A stretch of DNA of 61,497 bases, taken from assembly GCA_902794115.1 (NCBI GenBank), contig CADBGD010000001.1, positions 1 through 61,497 on the forward strand, in the 5' to 3' direction. The translations under genes were made by a program, and so were the position numbers. Position 1 is the stretch's first letter. Each line of letters opens with the position of its first letter. This DNA is from Oscillospiraceae bacterium (lineage in GTDB: Bacteria > Bacillota > Clostridia > Saccharofermentanales > Saccharofermentanaceae). This document shows positions 27,258 through 35,871 of the stretch, one piece after another. The notes under the pieces are model-generated. The model was not told the DNA's origin and searched no databases. It worked only from the letters and a program-made list of their open reading frames with translations.

Positions 27258-27333
27258 ATCTTTGCTCCTTATCGTTGAATGAACTATAGAAGCAAAGCTC
27301 GAGGAAAACTATTTCTTCCTCCACACAGTCTCC

Positions 27334-27372
27334 TCAGGCTCTGCGTGGAGCATCTGCAATGCAGAGTATCAT
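27334..27372 (-). promoter_or_regulatory. Candidate 12-codon leader ORF (MILCIADAPRRA) in the MFS 5' leader
   Basis: GGGAGGA lies 9 nt upstream of the ATG. The ORF is embedded in alternative inverted repeats (CTCTGC/GCAGAG and CTCCAC/GTGGAG). Further downstream, CTTTGCT/AGCAAAG can pair across the MFS Shine-Dalgarno. Confidence 0.3.
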
Positions 27373-27411
27373 GCCGATTCGTCCTCCCTATGTATTTTCA
27401 ATTCATCGCAT

Positions 27412-27420
27412 ATTGTATCA
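27412..27420 (-). promoter_or_regulatory. Extended -10 element TGATACAAT upstream of the leader ORF and MFS gene
   Basis: Read on the minus strand as cagTGATACAATatg. No convincing -35. Confidence 0.35.
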
Positions 27421-27532
27421 CTGACCCGGCAGAAAATCGCCGGATTAAACTTATGGTATAGATAGTGATTCTATGACCGATCCGAAATGTGCGCCCCGGT
27501 TTCCCTAAGCCGCGCTATTTTCGAAAAATGCG

Positions 27533-28324
27533 TCAGCTGATCGTGCAGAGTTTGCCTCGAAGAATATAACCGAGTTTCTCATAGCACTTATTGGACGCAA
27601 CATAGTCCGCATCCGTATAGAGCATCGGAAGATATCCTTCTTCTTTCGCGATCTTCGATACCTCATATACCAGATGTTCTGCATAGTGATGCCGGCGGTA
27701 TTCCGTTCTGGTAAATACCAATCCGATGGACGCCATATCCTGTACCGGATGCCAGTGGCAGCTCGCAACATATTCCCCGTCATCCGTCTTCCAAAGATAC
27801 ATCGATCCTTCGCGGATCCCGTTTTCCGCATCGATCCTGTACTGTTCTCTGCTGGCCTTATCAATTCCGACAGCATCATGGAATATCTCGAAAAAGTCCG
27901 TCAGCACGTCGACATCTTCCATCGTGCACTTATGGATGTGCCCGTCCGTCACGGTTTTCGGCGGGATCAGCTCCGGGCAGTCATAGGCAAAAAGATTCGT
28001 CGAGATCGAAAGATGAAGTCCTTCCTTTTCGGCTCTTCGGATAAAGAAATCCGCCAGTTCATACTTGATGTTGAATCGGTGATCGCCGTCCATGACCCCG
28101 TTTTCTTTTGCTACCTGAAAAGCACTTTCCATCTCCTCCTCGGATGCATCATCCGGCATCCAGATCCACACCGGATACGGCTGCCCCGTAAAGCAGAGAA
28201 TAAACCTTTCGTGATCCGTCAGGCGAAGCTCACATTCCCCGCTGATGATCCTCGAAAGGACCGAGAAAGTATACTTGTCCTGAGCAAGTAATGCGTAATC
28301 TCTTTCATCCACAAAATTGTCCAT
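27533..28324 (-). CDS. GNAT-family N-acetyltransferase with an N-terminal extension
   Basis: C-terminal GNAT core (VFTRTEYRRHHYAEHLVYEV...SNKCYEKLGY). Confidence 0.75.
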   Translation of the reverse strand: MDNFVDERDYALLAQDKYTFSVLSRIISGECELRLTDHERFILCFTGQPYPVWIWMPDDASEEEMESAFQVAKENGVMDGDHRFNIKYELADFFIRRAEKEGLHLSISTNLFAYDCPELIPPKTVTDGHIHKCTMEDVDVLTDFFEIFHDAVGIDKASREQYRIDAENGIREGSMYLWKTDDGEYVASCHWHPVQDMASIGLVFTRTEYRRHHYAEHLVYEVSKIAKEEGYLPMLYTDADYVASNKCYEKLGYILRGKLCTIS

Positions 28325-28447
28325 TTGCTTTTCCTCCTGCTGCTATCAGTATCCTCTTGTTCGATCCACCAGTTTCTTGAGCGGAAGTCCTTTTGCGTAG
28401 TTCAGAAGGTCCTCGTATAGATCACTTGTATCCATTCTACACTATCC

Positions 28448-28615
28448 ATGGAAGAAATCGTTGCCAAACCCGAGACTTTCGCCCCCTCCATGAAAGAATC
28501 TGCCCCCTGTCCGGAATGCGGACGCATGATCATGGATAACGGAGTCACACCACTTACCGGCACATGTCTTTATTGCGGCCATGTAATCAGATTTGCTCCG
28601 AAAATTGACATTTAA
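28448..28615 (+). CDS. Possible 55-aa zinc-ribbon miniprotein (below the ORF-track size cut-off)
   Basis: ATG...TAA open frame: MEEIVAKPETFAPSMKESAPCPECGRMIMDNGVTPLTGTCLYCGHVIRFAPKIDI, with a CxxC...CxxC pair. There is no recognisable RBS, so confidence is low. Confidence 0.25.
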   Translation: MEEIVAKPETFAPSMKESAPCPECGRMIMDNGVTPLTGTCLYCGHVIRFAPKIDI

Positions 28616-28657
28616 AATGCCAGCCGAAGATTTTACTCCGGAGACCCCACGAATATT

Positions 28658-29272
28658 CTAAGAAATATCGCCTATAGCGCTGCCATACTTGACCAGAAGG
28701 TCATGGGTGTAGATCTTCTCCTGATCTGATTCTCTCACGATCTTCCACAGTTTTGCCGCTGTTTTTAATCTGTCCGGGAAGACTTCCGTTGCCGGATCAG
28801 CGCAGAAATCTTTCACGAACTTATTCCACTGAAGTGCCGACTTATCGTAGGTCGCATAGGTCTTCTTCTCGTAATAGATATCGAGAAGGTCTCCCAACGT
28901 GAAGCTCTCATCGCCATTTTCTTTCACAGCTTTAGCCGTCGCTACCATATCCACGTTGAATTTGAACCGGCTCTCCCCGGTCTGCTTCTCGAAAAACTCC
29001 CGGAACCTGGGACCGAATGTAAAGCCACATTCGATCAGGCCGGTCTGAAGCGTCAGTTCCGTAACCTTTGCCGTCTTTCTTTTCACCGGCTTTTTCTCCG
29101 GAAGGATCTTTTTTCCGGAAAAGTACGCTTCGATCACTTGATTCAGTTCGATCTTGCCGCTTGGAGTCGCAAGGCCATGCGCCTTACAGATCCGGATCAG
29201 TTCCTCTCTGTACCAGTAGTACTTCGAGAACTCGGCATAATCCTTAATGCTGTCAAAATCCAGTCTGTCCAT
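28658..29272 (-). CDS. Hypothetical protein with an N-terminal SAP-like helix motif
   Basis: Start at 29272 (GGAGAA RBS). YWYREELIRICKAHGLATPSGKIELNQVIEAYF resembles SAP/DUF6434-type N-termini as I recall them. Confidence 0.6.
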   Translation of the reverse strand: MDRLDFDSIKDYAEFSKYYWYREELIRICKAHGLATPSGKIELNQVIEAYFSGKKILPEKKPVKRKTAKVTELTLQTGLIECGFTFGPRFREFFEKQTGESRFKFNVDMVATAKAVKENGDESFTLGDLLDIYYEKKTYATYDKSALQWNKFVKDFCADPATEVFPDRLKTAAKLWKIVRESDQEKIYTHDLLVKYGSAIGDIS

Positions 29273-29909
29273 ATTCTTCTCCACACTGAAAATCCATACG
29301 GACCAGTGCTTTTGCATTCGGGAGCGTCTCGATACTTCGATAGATCAGGGAATACCCGATCTCCTTCATTGCCTTCTCCAGGGCATCTTCTTCCATCTGG
29401 TGATGCACTTCATCCAGCCTGTCGAATGCGTGAAGATACGGCGAATCGGAGACCCACTGCTTCGTATCCGTGTTGATCTGGATCACGCAGGAAACATACT
29501 CCGGATCGATCTTCTGAACCGCCTTCTGAAAAGCGGGATAACCGATGTATTCGATCAGAAGATTTGCTATAACGAGCTGTGCTTCCGGAAGCTTATCTGC
29601 TTCGTTTATGAGATCGATCTTAAGGCACTTCAGAACACCCTGATGCTGCGGATATCTCTTGTCTACTTCGCATAGATACTCTTCATTGATATCCACACCA
29701 TACACGGTCTTATACTTGTCTTTGCTGACATGTTCCAGACCGTTACCACCGGCGACACCGAGAACCATGGAAGTCTCCACAGGATACGCTTCGAACTGTT
29801 CCTTCATCATCGCATTCATCGTCTGAAGCTGATTGACGGAATCCAGGCTCATGTGGTTCTCATAGTCATCCAGTTTTATCTCGTTCCAAGGGTTCATAGA
29901 AGTATCCAT
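29253..29909 (-). CDS. Class I SAM-dependent methyltransferase
   Basis: Motif I VLGVAGGNGLEH and post-I VYGVDINEEYL. Confidence 0.8.
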   Translation of the reverse strand: MDTSMNPWNEIKLDDYENHMSLDSVNQLQTMNAMMKEQFEAYPVETSMVLGVAGGNGLEHVSKDKYKTVYGVDINEEYLCEVDKRYPQHQGVLKCLKIDLINEADKLPEAQLVIANLLIEYIGYPAFQKAVQKIDPEYVSCVIQINTDTKQWVSDSPYLHAFDRLDEVHHQMEEDALEKAMKEIGYSLIYRSIETLPNAKALVRMDFQCGEEYGQTGF

Positions 29910-29917
29910 TTTTCACC

Positions 29918-30712
29918 TCATTCTGCTCGTCCTGAATTCAGCCAGGAATACACCAGTGATGTGAATATCTCAGGCTGTTCGATCTGCAGGTTATGCCCTG
30001 CATTATCTACCGCACAGTATGTGGCTTTCGGGTAGATCTTCATAAGGTCAAACTGATCCTTATATCCGACTTCCGAATCATTTTTCGCGGCAATGATCAG
30101 CACCGGGATCTGTGATGGCTGATCCATATCATCCGGGTCAAAAGAAAAGCTTCCTTCAAGTGTTGTATTGAGGAAATCCCAGTCAGCTCTTGCCAGTGCC
30201 GGCATGAGGTATTCACGGTATCTCTTCCACACAGGTTCCGTCAATCTGACATTCATCAGGGTAAAGCTGTCATACTCTTCCTTTGTAAGCGTAGCCAGAA
30301 ATGCATCATCACGTTCTACCGCTACAAGAGGCTCTACCCGGCCCTGTCGGACACCGGGGATCACACATGGTACAAGAAGGATCATCTTCGTGATAAATTC
30401 ACCATACTTGTTGATAAATCCTCTCGCCAGAAGACCGCCATACGATTGTCCGACGATCATAAACTTCTCTCCGATGACATCGGTCGCAAAGCCGTGTAGG
30501 ATCTCGAGGATATCGTCCGAGTTCTTTACGTTTCCATGCTCAGATCTTCCCATTCCCGGAAGATCGATGTAGAAACGTTTGTATCCATCCAGTTTAGTGA
30601 ATACAGGTTCAAATGCAGCCTGCATCGTGGTCCTGTCGATCCCCCATCCGTGGATGATCAGGACCGGCGTTCCCTCGCCGATGATCTCGTAATCAATAAT
30701 GCCGTACTTCAT
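29918..30712 (-). CDS. Alpha/beta-fold hydrolase
   Basis: Internal start MKYGIIDYE chosen, because the track N-extension would run over the upstream gene. HGWG oxyanion motif and nucleophile elbow GQSYGG. Confidence 0.8.
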   Translation of the reverse strand: MKYGIIDYEIIGEGTPVLIIHGWGIDRTTMQAAFEPVFTKLDGYKRFYIDLPGMGRSEHGNVKNSDDILEILHGFATDVIGEKFMIVGQSYGGLLARGFINKYGEFITKMILLVPCVIPGVRQGRVEPLVAVERDDAFLATLTKEEYDSFTLMNVRLTEPVWKRYREYLMPALARADWDFLNTTLEGSFSFDPDDMDQPSQIPVLIIAAKNDSEVGYKDQFDLMKIYPKATYCAVDNAGHNLQIEQPEIFTSLVYSWLNSGRAE

Positions 30713-30722
30713 GTTGTCTCTC

Positions 30723-31292
30723 TTATTTCTTTCTGATCGCCCAGTAGTTCTTGTACGCGTAATGGTCTTCGCCGCCAACGAGGAATCTGTCTGATTTCTC
30801 AAATCCGAACTTCTTCGCCGCGTCGATCCTCTCTACCGCATAAAGCGGGATCTTCGTGATGATCTCTTCACAGTCAAGAAGCTCGTACGCCTCCGGGATC
30901 AGAAGTGCGAAGATCTCCTGCAGTTCATCAGATTTCTCATAGTCTGATCTTACGTCCAGACGGATCAGTCCGTCACCATCAAATTCATCATCAGAAGGCC
31001 GATGGAACATCTCTATTGTACCAATGGCCTTGGAGATATGCTTATCGATTATTGTCAGGCGGACAAACCATTTTCCTTCATAAGATTCGAGCCAGAAACG
31101 GATCGCGTTATCCATCTTCTCCTTCGTGTCGTAATAGAAGTTATCTTCGTGGCAGTTGTCGCTGTTAAAGAACGGAAGCGCCTGCTTATCTCCGTATACT
31201 TTCAGAAGATCTCCGGAATCTTCCTCTTTGACGAAACGCATCAGCCATCTTTCATTTTCAAGTACAGGACACTGTTCGTATATATTGCTCAT
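30723..31292 (-). CDS. GNAT-family N-acetyltransferase
   Basis: Typical RimJ-like N-terminus (LENERWLMRFVKEEDSGDLLKVY) and length. Confidence 0.7.
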   Translation of the reverse strand: MSNIYEQCPVLENERWLMRFVKEEDSGDLLKVYGDKQALPFFNSDNCHEDNFYYDTKEKMDNAIRFWLESYEGKWFVRLTIIDKHISKAIGTIEMFHRPSDDEFDGDGLIRLDVRSDYEKSDELQEIFALLIPEAYELLDCEEIITKIPLYAVERIDAAKKFGFEKSDRFLVGGEDHYAYKNYWAIRKK

Positions 31293-31309
31293 TTCATTTT
31301 TCTCCTAAA

Positions 31310-31969
31310 TCAATATTCGTAAGATCGGTTTGTAACCTTCAGACCTGCAACATAGTCGCATCCTTTTTCTTTCACGTTATTCGGATCCATCGGGTAGTGG
31401 ATGTTATACGAAACACTTTTTTCTCCAAAGCGGTCCGCAAGGAATTCTTCGTCAACATGTCCTCCAACGATTTCGAGACACACCATTACGTGATCATCTC
31501 CGGGTACGATCTCTTTTTCCCAGAGATATCTGCATTCCAGATTCATAAAGCATTCTTCTACCATCGGTGCATCTACCCAGGAAGCCTTCTCCACGGTAAG
31601 TCCGGATGCGGAGATCTCATCCGCTTCAAACTGATTATTCTGGATCGTTTTCATGCAGTCTTCGTACTTGTCTGAAGACATGAAATTGATGACCGCTTCC
31701 TTCTTCTCGTTCAGCGTCTGATGAAGGTGTCCGCCTTTTGTAACACTAGCAAGAACAGCGAAATATCCGTTACCATGATCCGCGCTGGTAAACGTCGCCC
31801 ACGACTGCATTGTCGCGTTCGTTTGACCGTTGGATTTGTAGGTCGTTACGAGAAACATCGGTGTCGGGATCCCCATAATGAATTCTTTCCAGTCAAATCC
31901 GAAATTCCTGGAAAACTCAGCATATGTTCCCTGAAGGGAAGATGGCATTTCTTTATAGTGCTGTTTCAT
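31310..31969 (-). CDS. Flavin reductase-like (FMN-binding split-barrel) protein
   Basis: PTPMFLVTTYKSNGQTNATMQSWATF pattern and a size typical of this family. Confidence 0.55.
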   Translation of the reverse strand: MKQHYKEMPSSLQGTYAEFSRNFGFDWKEFIMGIPTPMFLVTTYKSNGQTNATMQSWATFTSADHGNGYFAVLASVTKGGHLHQTLNEKKEAVINFMSSDKYEDCMKTIQNNQFEADEISASGLTVEKASWVDAPMVEECFMNLECRYLWEKEIVPGDDHVMVCLEIVGGHVDEEFLADRFGEKSVSYNIHYPMDPNNVKEKGCDYVAGLKVTNRSYEY

Positions 31970-32063
31970 TTTTATCTCCTTTTTCTTTAAAGCGTTAAGA
32001 GCGCAATGCCTGAAAATAGTCTGTTTTCGTTCAGTATAGCATAGCCTCTTTCAGCATGTTCTG

Positions 32064-32072
32064 TGATACAAT
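32064..32072 (+). promoter_or_regulatory. Extended -10 element TGATACAAT upstream of the GNAT gene at 32106
   Basis: Read directly. The GGAGAAGG RBS follows. Confidence 0.35.
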
Positions 32073-32105
32073 CTGAATCAATCTAGAAGACAACGGAGAA
32101 GGATC

Positions 32106-32567
32106 ATGGACAGAAAGATCACCATTGCTCAGCCTAAAGATGCAGATATCGTTTACGAGATCACTCAGGTCACGATCAACACGATATATCCGAAATACTA
32201 TCCGGTAGGTGCGGTCGAATTCTTCAGCCGGCATCATTCGATGGATAAGATCGTTTCCGATATTTCAAATGGAAACGTGTACCTTCTGAATGTTGACGGA
32301 AAGACCGTCGGCACGGTAACAGTCGCTGAGAATCACATCTGCAGGCTCTTCGTTCTTCCCGAATGTCAGCATCAGGGCTTCGGAAAAGCACTGATGGACT
32401 TTGCTGAAGAGAAGATCTTTTCATCCTTCGATACGATCGAACTGGATGCGTCTTTCCCTGCCAAAAGAATCTATCTTAAGCGTGGATATACCGAGATCGA
32501 ATATAACGTGATCGATGCCGCAAACGGCGATCACTTATGTTATGACGTTATGAGAAAGATCCGCTGA
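32106..32567 (+). CDS. GNAT-family acetyltransferase
   Basis: LFVLPECQHQGFGKALMDFAEE acetyl-CoA motif. Confidence 0.85.
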   Translation: MDRKITIAQPKDADIVYEITQVTINTIYPKYYPVGAVEFFSRHHSMDKIVSDISNGNVYLLNVDGKTVGTVTVAENHICRLFVLPECQHQGFGKALMDFAEEKIFSSFDTIELDASFPAKRIYLKRGYTEIEYNVIDAANGDHLCYDVMRKIR

Positions 32568-32895
32568 TCCCGAGGTTCTCTCTGGCTTCCATATTGTTTC
32601 CGAGGACCATCGCCGCCTTCTCACAAGAAGCGACTTCGTTGCAGTCCGCGCATGTCTCGTACTTCTTTTCCGAAGAACAGATCTTGATCGGACACATGGA
32701 TTCACAGAAAGGAAACTTCACGCCCGGAACACGGCATCCGGTGCAGTTGATCATCTCCGGCGTGATCTCGACTTCGTTCATGACAGACCACTCTTTCGCC
32801 ACTTTCTGACGAAGCGCATCATCATTATTCATCGTCGCGATACGTGCTTCACACTTCTCGCAGTCCAAGCCGCAATATGCAATAAATTCGTTCAT
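32548..32895 (-). CDS. DUF3795-type Cys-rich (zinc-binding) protein
   Basis: Internal start MNEFIAYCGLDCEKCEA, with an AAGGAAGGTG RBS. Multiple CxxC-type motifs. Confidence 0.75.
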   Translation of the reverse strand: MNEFIAYCGLDCEKCEARIATMNNDDALRQKVAKEWSVMNEVEITPEMINCTGCRVPGVKFPFCESMCPIKICSSEKKYETCADCNEVASCEKAAMVLGNNMEARENLGISGSFS

Positions 32896-33006
32896 ATAGA
32901 CACCTTCCTTGTTATGGATTTGTCGACCTCTATATTGTAGCACGTTTGTTCGGTTTTGTTCAAGTGCTTTTCCCGATACCCGCCGTATAATTTCAAAGTG
33001 CAAGGA

Positions 33007-33696
33007 TTACTTCAGATCGCAGAGGAGTCCGGCAAAGGGGAACTTATACAGAAGCGCCTTGTTGCCGTAGAACTCCACTTCTTTTCCTTCCGCTTTCCCG
33101 TCGCGGATCTCATTTGCGCCCTCGATGAGCTTGCCGATCTGATCCGGTGATATCGGGAAGGACCCGTGCATCGGATAGATCTCATCGAACTGTCCTTCCA
33201 GTTCAGAAAGGTGATTGAGGCTTTCGATATAAAGGTCCAGATTCCGCATGGGGCCGAACATGAAAATATTACTGTCCGAGACGGTGTCACCGCTGATGAG
33301 GATGCGGTTTTCCACATCGAGGATCGCAATGCTTCCGGGAGTATGTCCCGGGATATCGATCACGCGCAGGACCCGTCCACCCAGGTCGAACTCGTCACCC
33401 TCTTTGACCGGCAGGATCGTGCATGTCCCGCCGAAATTTCTGTAGTTTTCTTCTTCCGCCGGCGACATGTAGGCTTCGGCAAAAGCACTGTTCCCCGAGA
33501 TGTGGTCGGGATCGGCATGGGTGTTGATCAGAAGGAGCGGAAGATCCGTCAGGCCCTCGGCAATCTTCCTGGCATCCGGTGCATTCATGCCCGTATCCAC
33601 CAGCGCCGCTTTCTCATTTCCGCAAAGCAGCAGGAAACGCACGCCGCCGTCTTCGATCCGCCATGTTTTTTCATTGATCCTGATTACTTCTGCCAT
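33007..33696 (-). CDS. MBL-fold metallo-hydrolase
   Basis: NTHADPDHISGN (HxHxDH) and later GHTPGS. Confidence 0.85.
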   Translation of the reverse strand: MAEVIRINEKTWRIEDGGVRFLLLCGNEKAALVDTGMNAPDARKIAEGLTDLPLLLINTHADPDHISGNSAFAEAYMSPAEEENYRNFGGTCTILPVKEGDEFDLGGRVLRVIDIPGHTPGSIAILDVENRILISGDTVSDSNIFMFGPMRNLDLYIESLNHLSELEGQFDEIYPMHGSFPISPDQIGKLIEGANEIRDGKAEGKEVEFYGNKALLYKFPFAGLLCDLK

Positions 33697-33755
33697 AAAA
33701 ACCTCCCGTTTTTCCGCCGGTTTATGTATGTAACATCGTTACGGATGCTTCTTTT

Positions 33756-34697
33756 TCAGGGTCGTACGATCCCGTCGAGAATTTTCCGGACATCTGACTC
33801 CAGATACGGATTCATGCGGGAAATATACCCTTCCTGCTTCAGAAGTTCCGTCAGATCATATCCGATATCCTCCGACAAACACACGATCCGATCCTTCAGA
33901 TTCAGCCGGTTCGGATTATACTTCGTATCCTCCCAGGCCTCCAGATTGCATTTCTCGTCCGCCAGTTCCTGGATGCGGGAAGTAAACTCTCCCTTTTCAT
34001 CGATATCCTTGAGCGCACGGAACATCCACTTATAGTAAGGCGGATAAACTTTCTTCAAAAGGAAGAAAAGCTCCATCGCCGCCTCCATGCCTCTGAGCCG
34101 GCAGATCTGCGCGGACACCGTATCTTTTCTCGTCATGCACCGGGCATAGTTGATCTGAAGGGAAGCGGAATACTCGTGCATCTTTTCCGCAATGCGGATC
34201 CGGTGGATATTCTCCGGATAATACCCGAGAAGAAGATTCCGGAATTTGGTAAATGCACCCAGGTCGTCGCGGAAGACTTCGCCGTTCACCGCGGTCGCCA
34301 GACACGCATGATCAAGCATCATCCACTGGTTTATGCTCATCGTGCATTCTTTCGTATTGCAGTTGATCCGAAGGATATTCGAGTAGAAATCGTGGATCGT
34401 CATGACACCTCGTCTTTTCCGGAGATTCTCCGTAAGATAGGATCGTTCCTTTTCATCCACGATGGCATCATAGGCCTCCCGAAGTGCTTTTCCAAAGAGA
34501 GCCATATCTTCATCCGTAAGCCATAGGCAGACGCCGGTTCCAAAGTCGTGATCCCGCGAGATATCGTCGTCGAAGGCAAAGCAATCCGAACCCTCTCCGA
34601 CAAGGCCTACCGCGATCCGGCCTTCATATTCTCCGAATTTCTCCTTTATCATCGGAGCTACTTTTTCTTCATAAAACTGTCGGCTGTTCTCAATCAT
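33756..34697 (-). CDS. DUF4037-family (nucleotidyltransferase-like) protein
   Basis: RIAVGLVGEGSDCFAFDDDISRDHDFGTGVCLWLTDED matches the DUF4037 N-terminal pattern as I recall it. Confidence 0.7.
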   Translation of the reverse strand: MIENSRQFYEEKVAPMIKEKFGEYEGRIAVGLVGEGSDCFAFDDDISRDHDFGTGVCLWLTDEDMALFGKALREAYDAIVDEKERSYLTENLRKRRGVMTIHDFYSNILRINCNTKECTMSINQWMMLDHACLATAVNGEVFRDDLGAFTKFRNLLLGYYPENIHRIRIAEKMHEYSASLQINYARCMTRKDTVSAQICRLRGMEAAMELFFLLKKVYPPYYKWMFRALKDIDEKGEFTSRIQELADEKCNLEAWEDTKYNPNRLNLKDRIVCLSEDIGYDLTELLKQEGYISRMNPYLESDVRKILDGIVRP

Positions 34698-34745
34698 GAT
34701 CTTTCTGTCCTTATCTCTGTATTTCCCGCCACTGCGGGATCTTCG

Positions 34746-35582
34746 TTAGCGGAGGATCTCGTCGATCGTCGAAACGGTACTGAATGTGCCTTTATGTTCC
34801 GCGATGATCTCTCTCATTTTCTGAAGTTCGAAGTAGTTGACATAGCAGATCAAGGTCTTGTTCTCTCCTGCGATGGCGCCGTAGGAGTCCATGATGGTGC
34901 ATGTCTTATTCAGTTTCTTCTTAATATCCTCCACCAGTTGATCCGGTTCTTTCGTGATAATGGTGACCTGCTTGATGGCCTCGAAATGATCCGTAAAGTG
35001 GTCGATCACCGCTGTGGCCACAAAGTAGACCAGAAGGCTTAAAAGCGCGGCGTTGCGGTTGATGAGAATAAAGGCCGCCGTGTAGACACAGGCGTTAAAG
35101 CCGATCAGGATCCAGGACATACTGAAGTTCTTTCCGGTCTTATCGGAAAGCTTTTTGATCACGATGTTGGCAAAGATCTCCGACCCGTCGATACATCCGC
35201 CGTGCCGAAGGATCAGGGACAGCCCCAGACCCAGGATCGCCCCGCCGAAAGCCACCGCCAGAAAGTGCTCGGTATTCAGTTCAAAAGGGATCTCCGCAAA
35301 CACATCCAGCCCGATGGTGTAGACCAGCGCCCCTGCCAGGGCTTTGAGGCTGAAGCGCCATCCCAGCAGAAGGATCCCGCCCAGCATGAAAGGCAGAAAC
35401 ACCAGAAACACACAGGGAGAGAGCGGAAAGCCGGTCATCTTGCTGACAATAATGGCCACACCTGCCGTGCCGTAATCGATGGCATCGTTGGGAAGGAGGA
35501 TGCAGGCAACGGAAAACGCCGCCATCAGCGCGCCGATCATGATCATCAGATAAGAAAAGAACTCTTTGAATCCCTTTTTCAT
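34746..35582 (-). CDS. YitT-family membrane protein (DUF2179 C-terminal domain)
   Basis: Five or six TM helices, then a soluble C-terminal domain (VTIITKEPDQLVEDIKKKL...ELQKMREII). Confidence 0.8.
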   Translation of the reverse strand: MKKGFKEFFSYLMIMIGALMAAFSVACILLPNDAIDYGTAGVAIIVSKMTGFPLSPCVFLVFLPFMLGGILLLGWRFSLKALAGALVYTIGLDVFAEIPFELNTEHFLAVAFGGAILGLGLSLILRHGGCIDGSEIFANIVIKKLSDKTGKNFSMSWILIGFNACVYTAAFILINRNAALLSLLVYFVATAVIDHFTDHFEAIKQVTIITKEPDQLVEDIKKKLNKTCTIMDSYGAIAGENKTLICYVNYFELQKMREIIAEHKGTFSTVSTIDEILR

Positions 35583-35871
35583 AAGCCGCCTGAAATGCTC
35601 CTTGGTGCGAAAGTAAAAAACTCATCCTCATTATACCATTCCCCGAACTGTTTCCCCGAAAGTGCTTTTGCCGTGGAAAAAGCACCTTTCTTCCACCTGA
35701 TCCCGTCTTTCGCAAATTGTATTGACATTATCGGGGGTTATGTGACAGTTCCCTTATTTTCAGCCCTTTTGGGTGACGTTTTCCTTATCCGGACGGGGTT
35801 TTCCGCATGATACCATGACACTGTCGAAGGATGGCAAGAGCCTTCGAAACGAATTGCAAGGAGGTATACTT

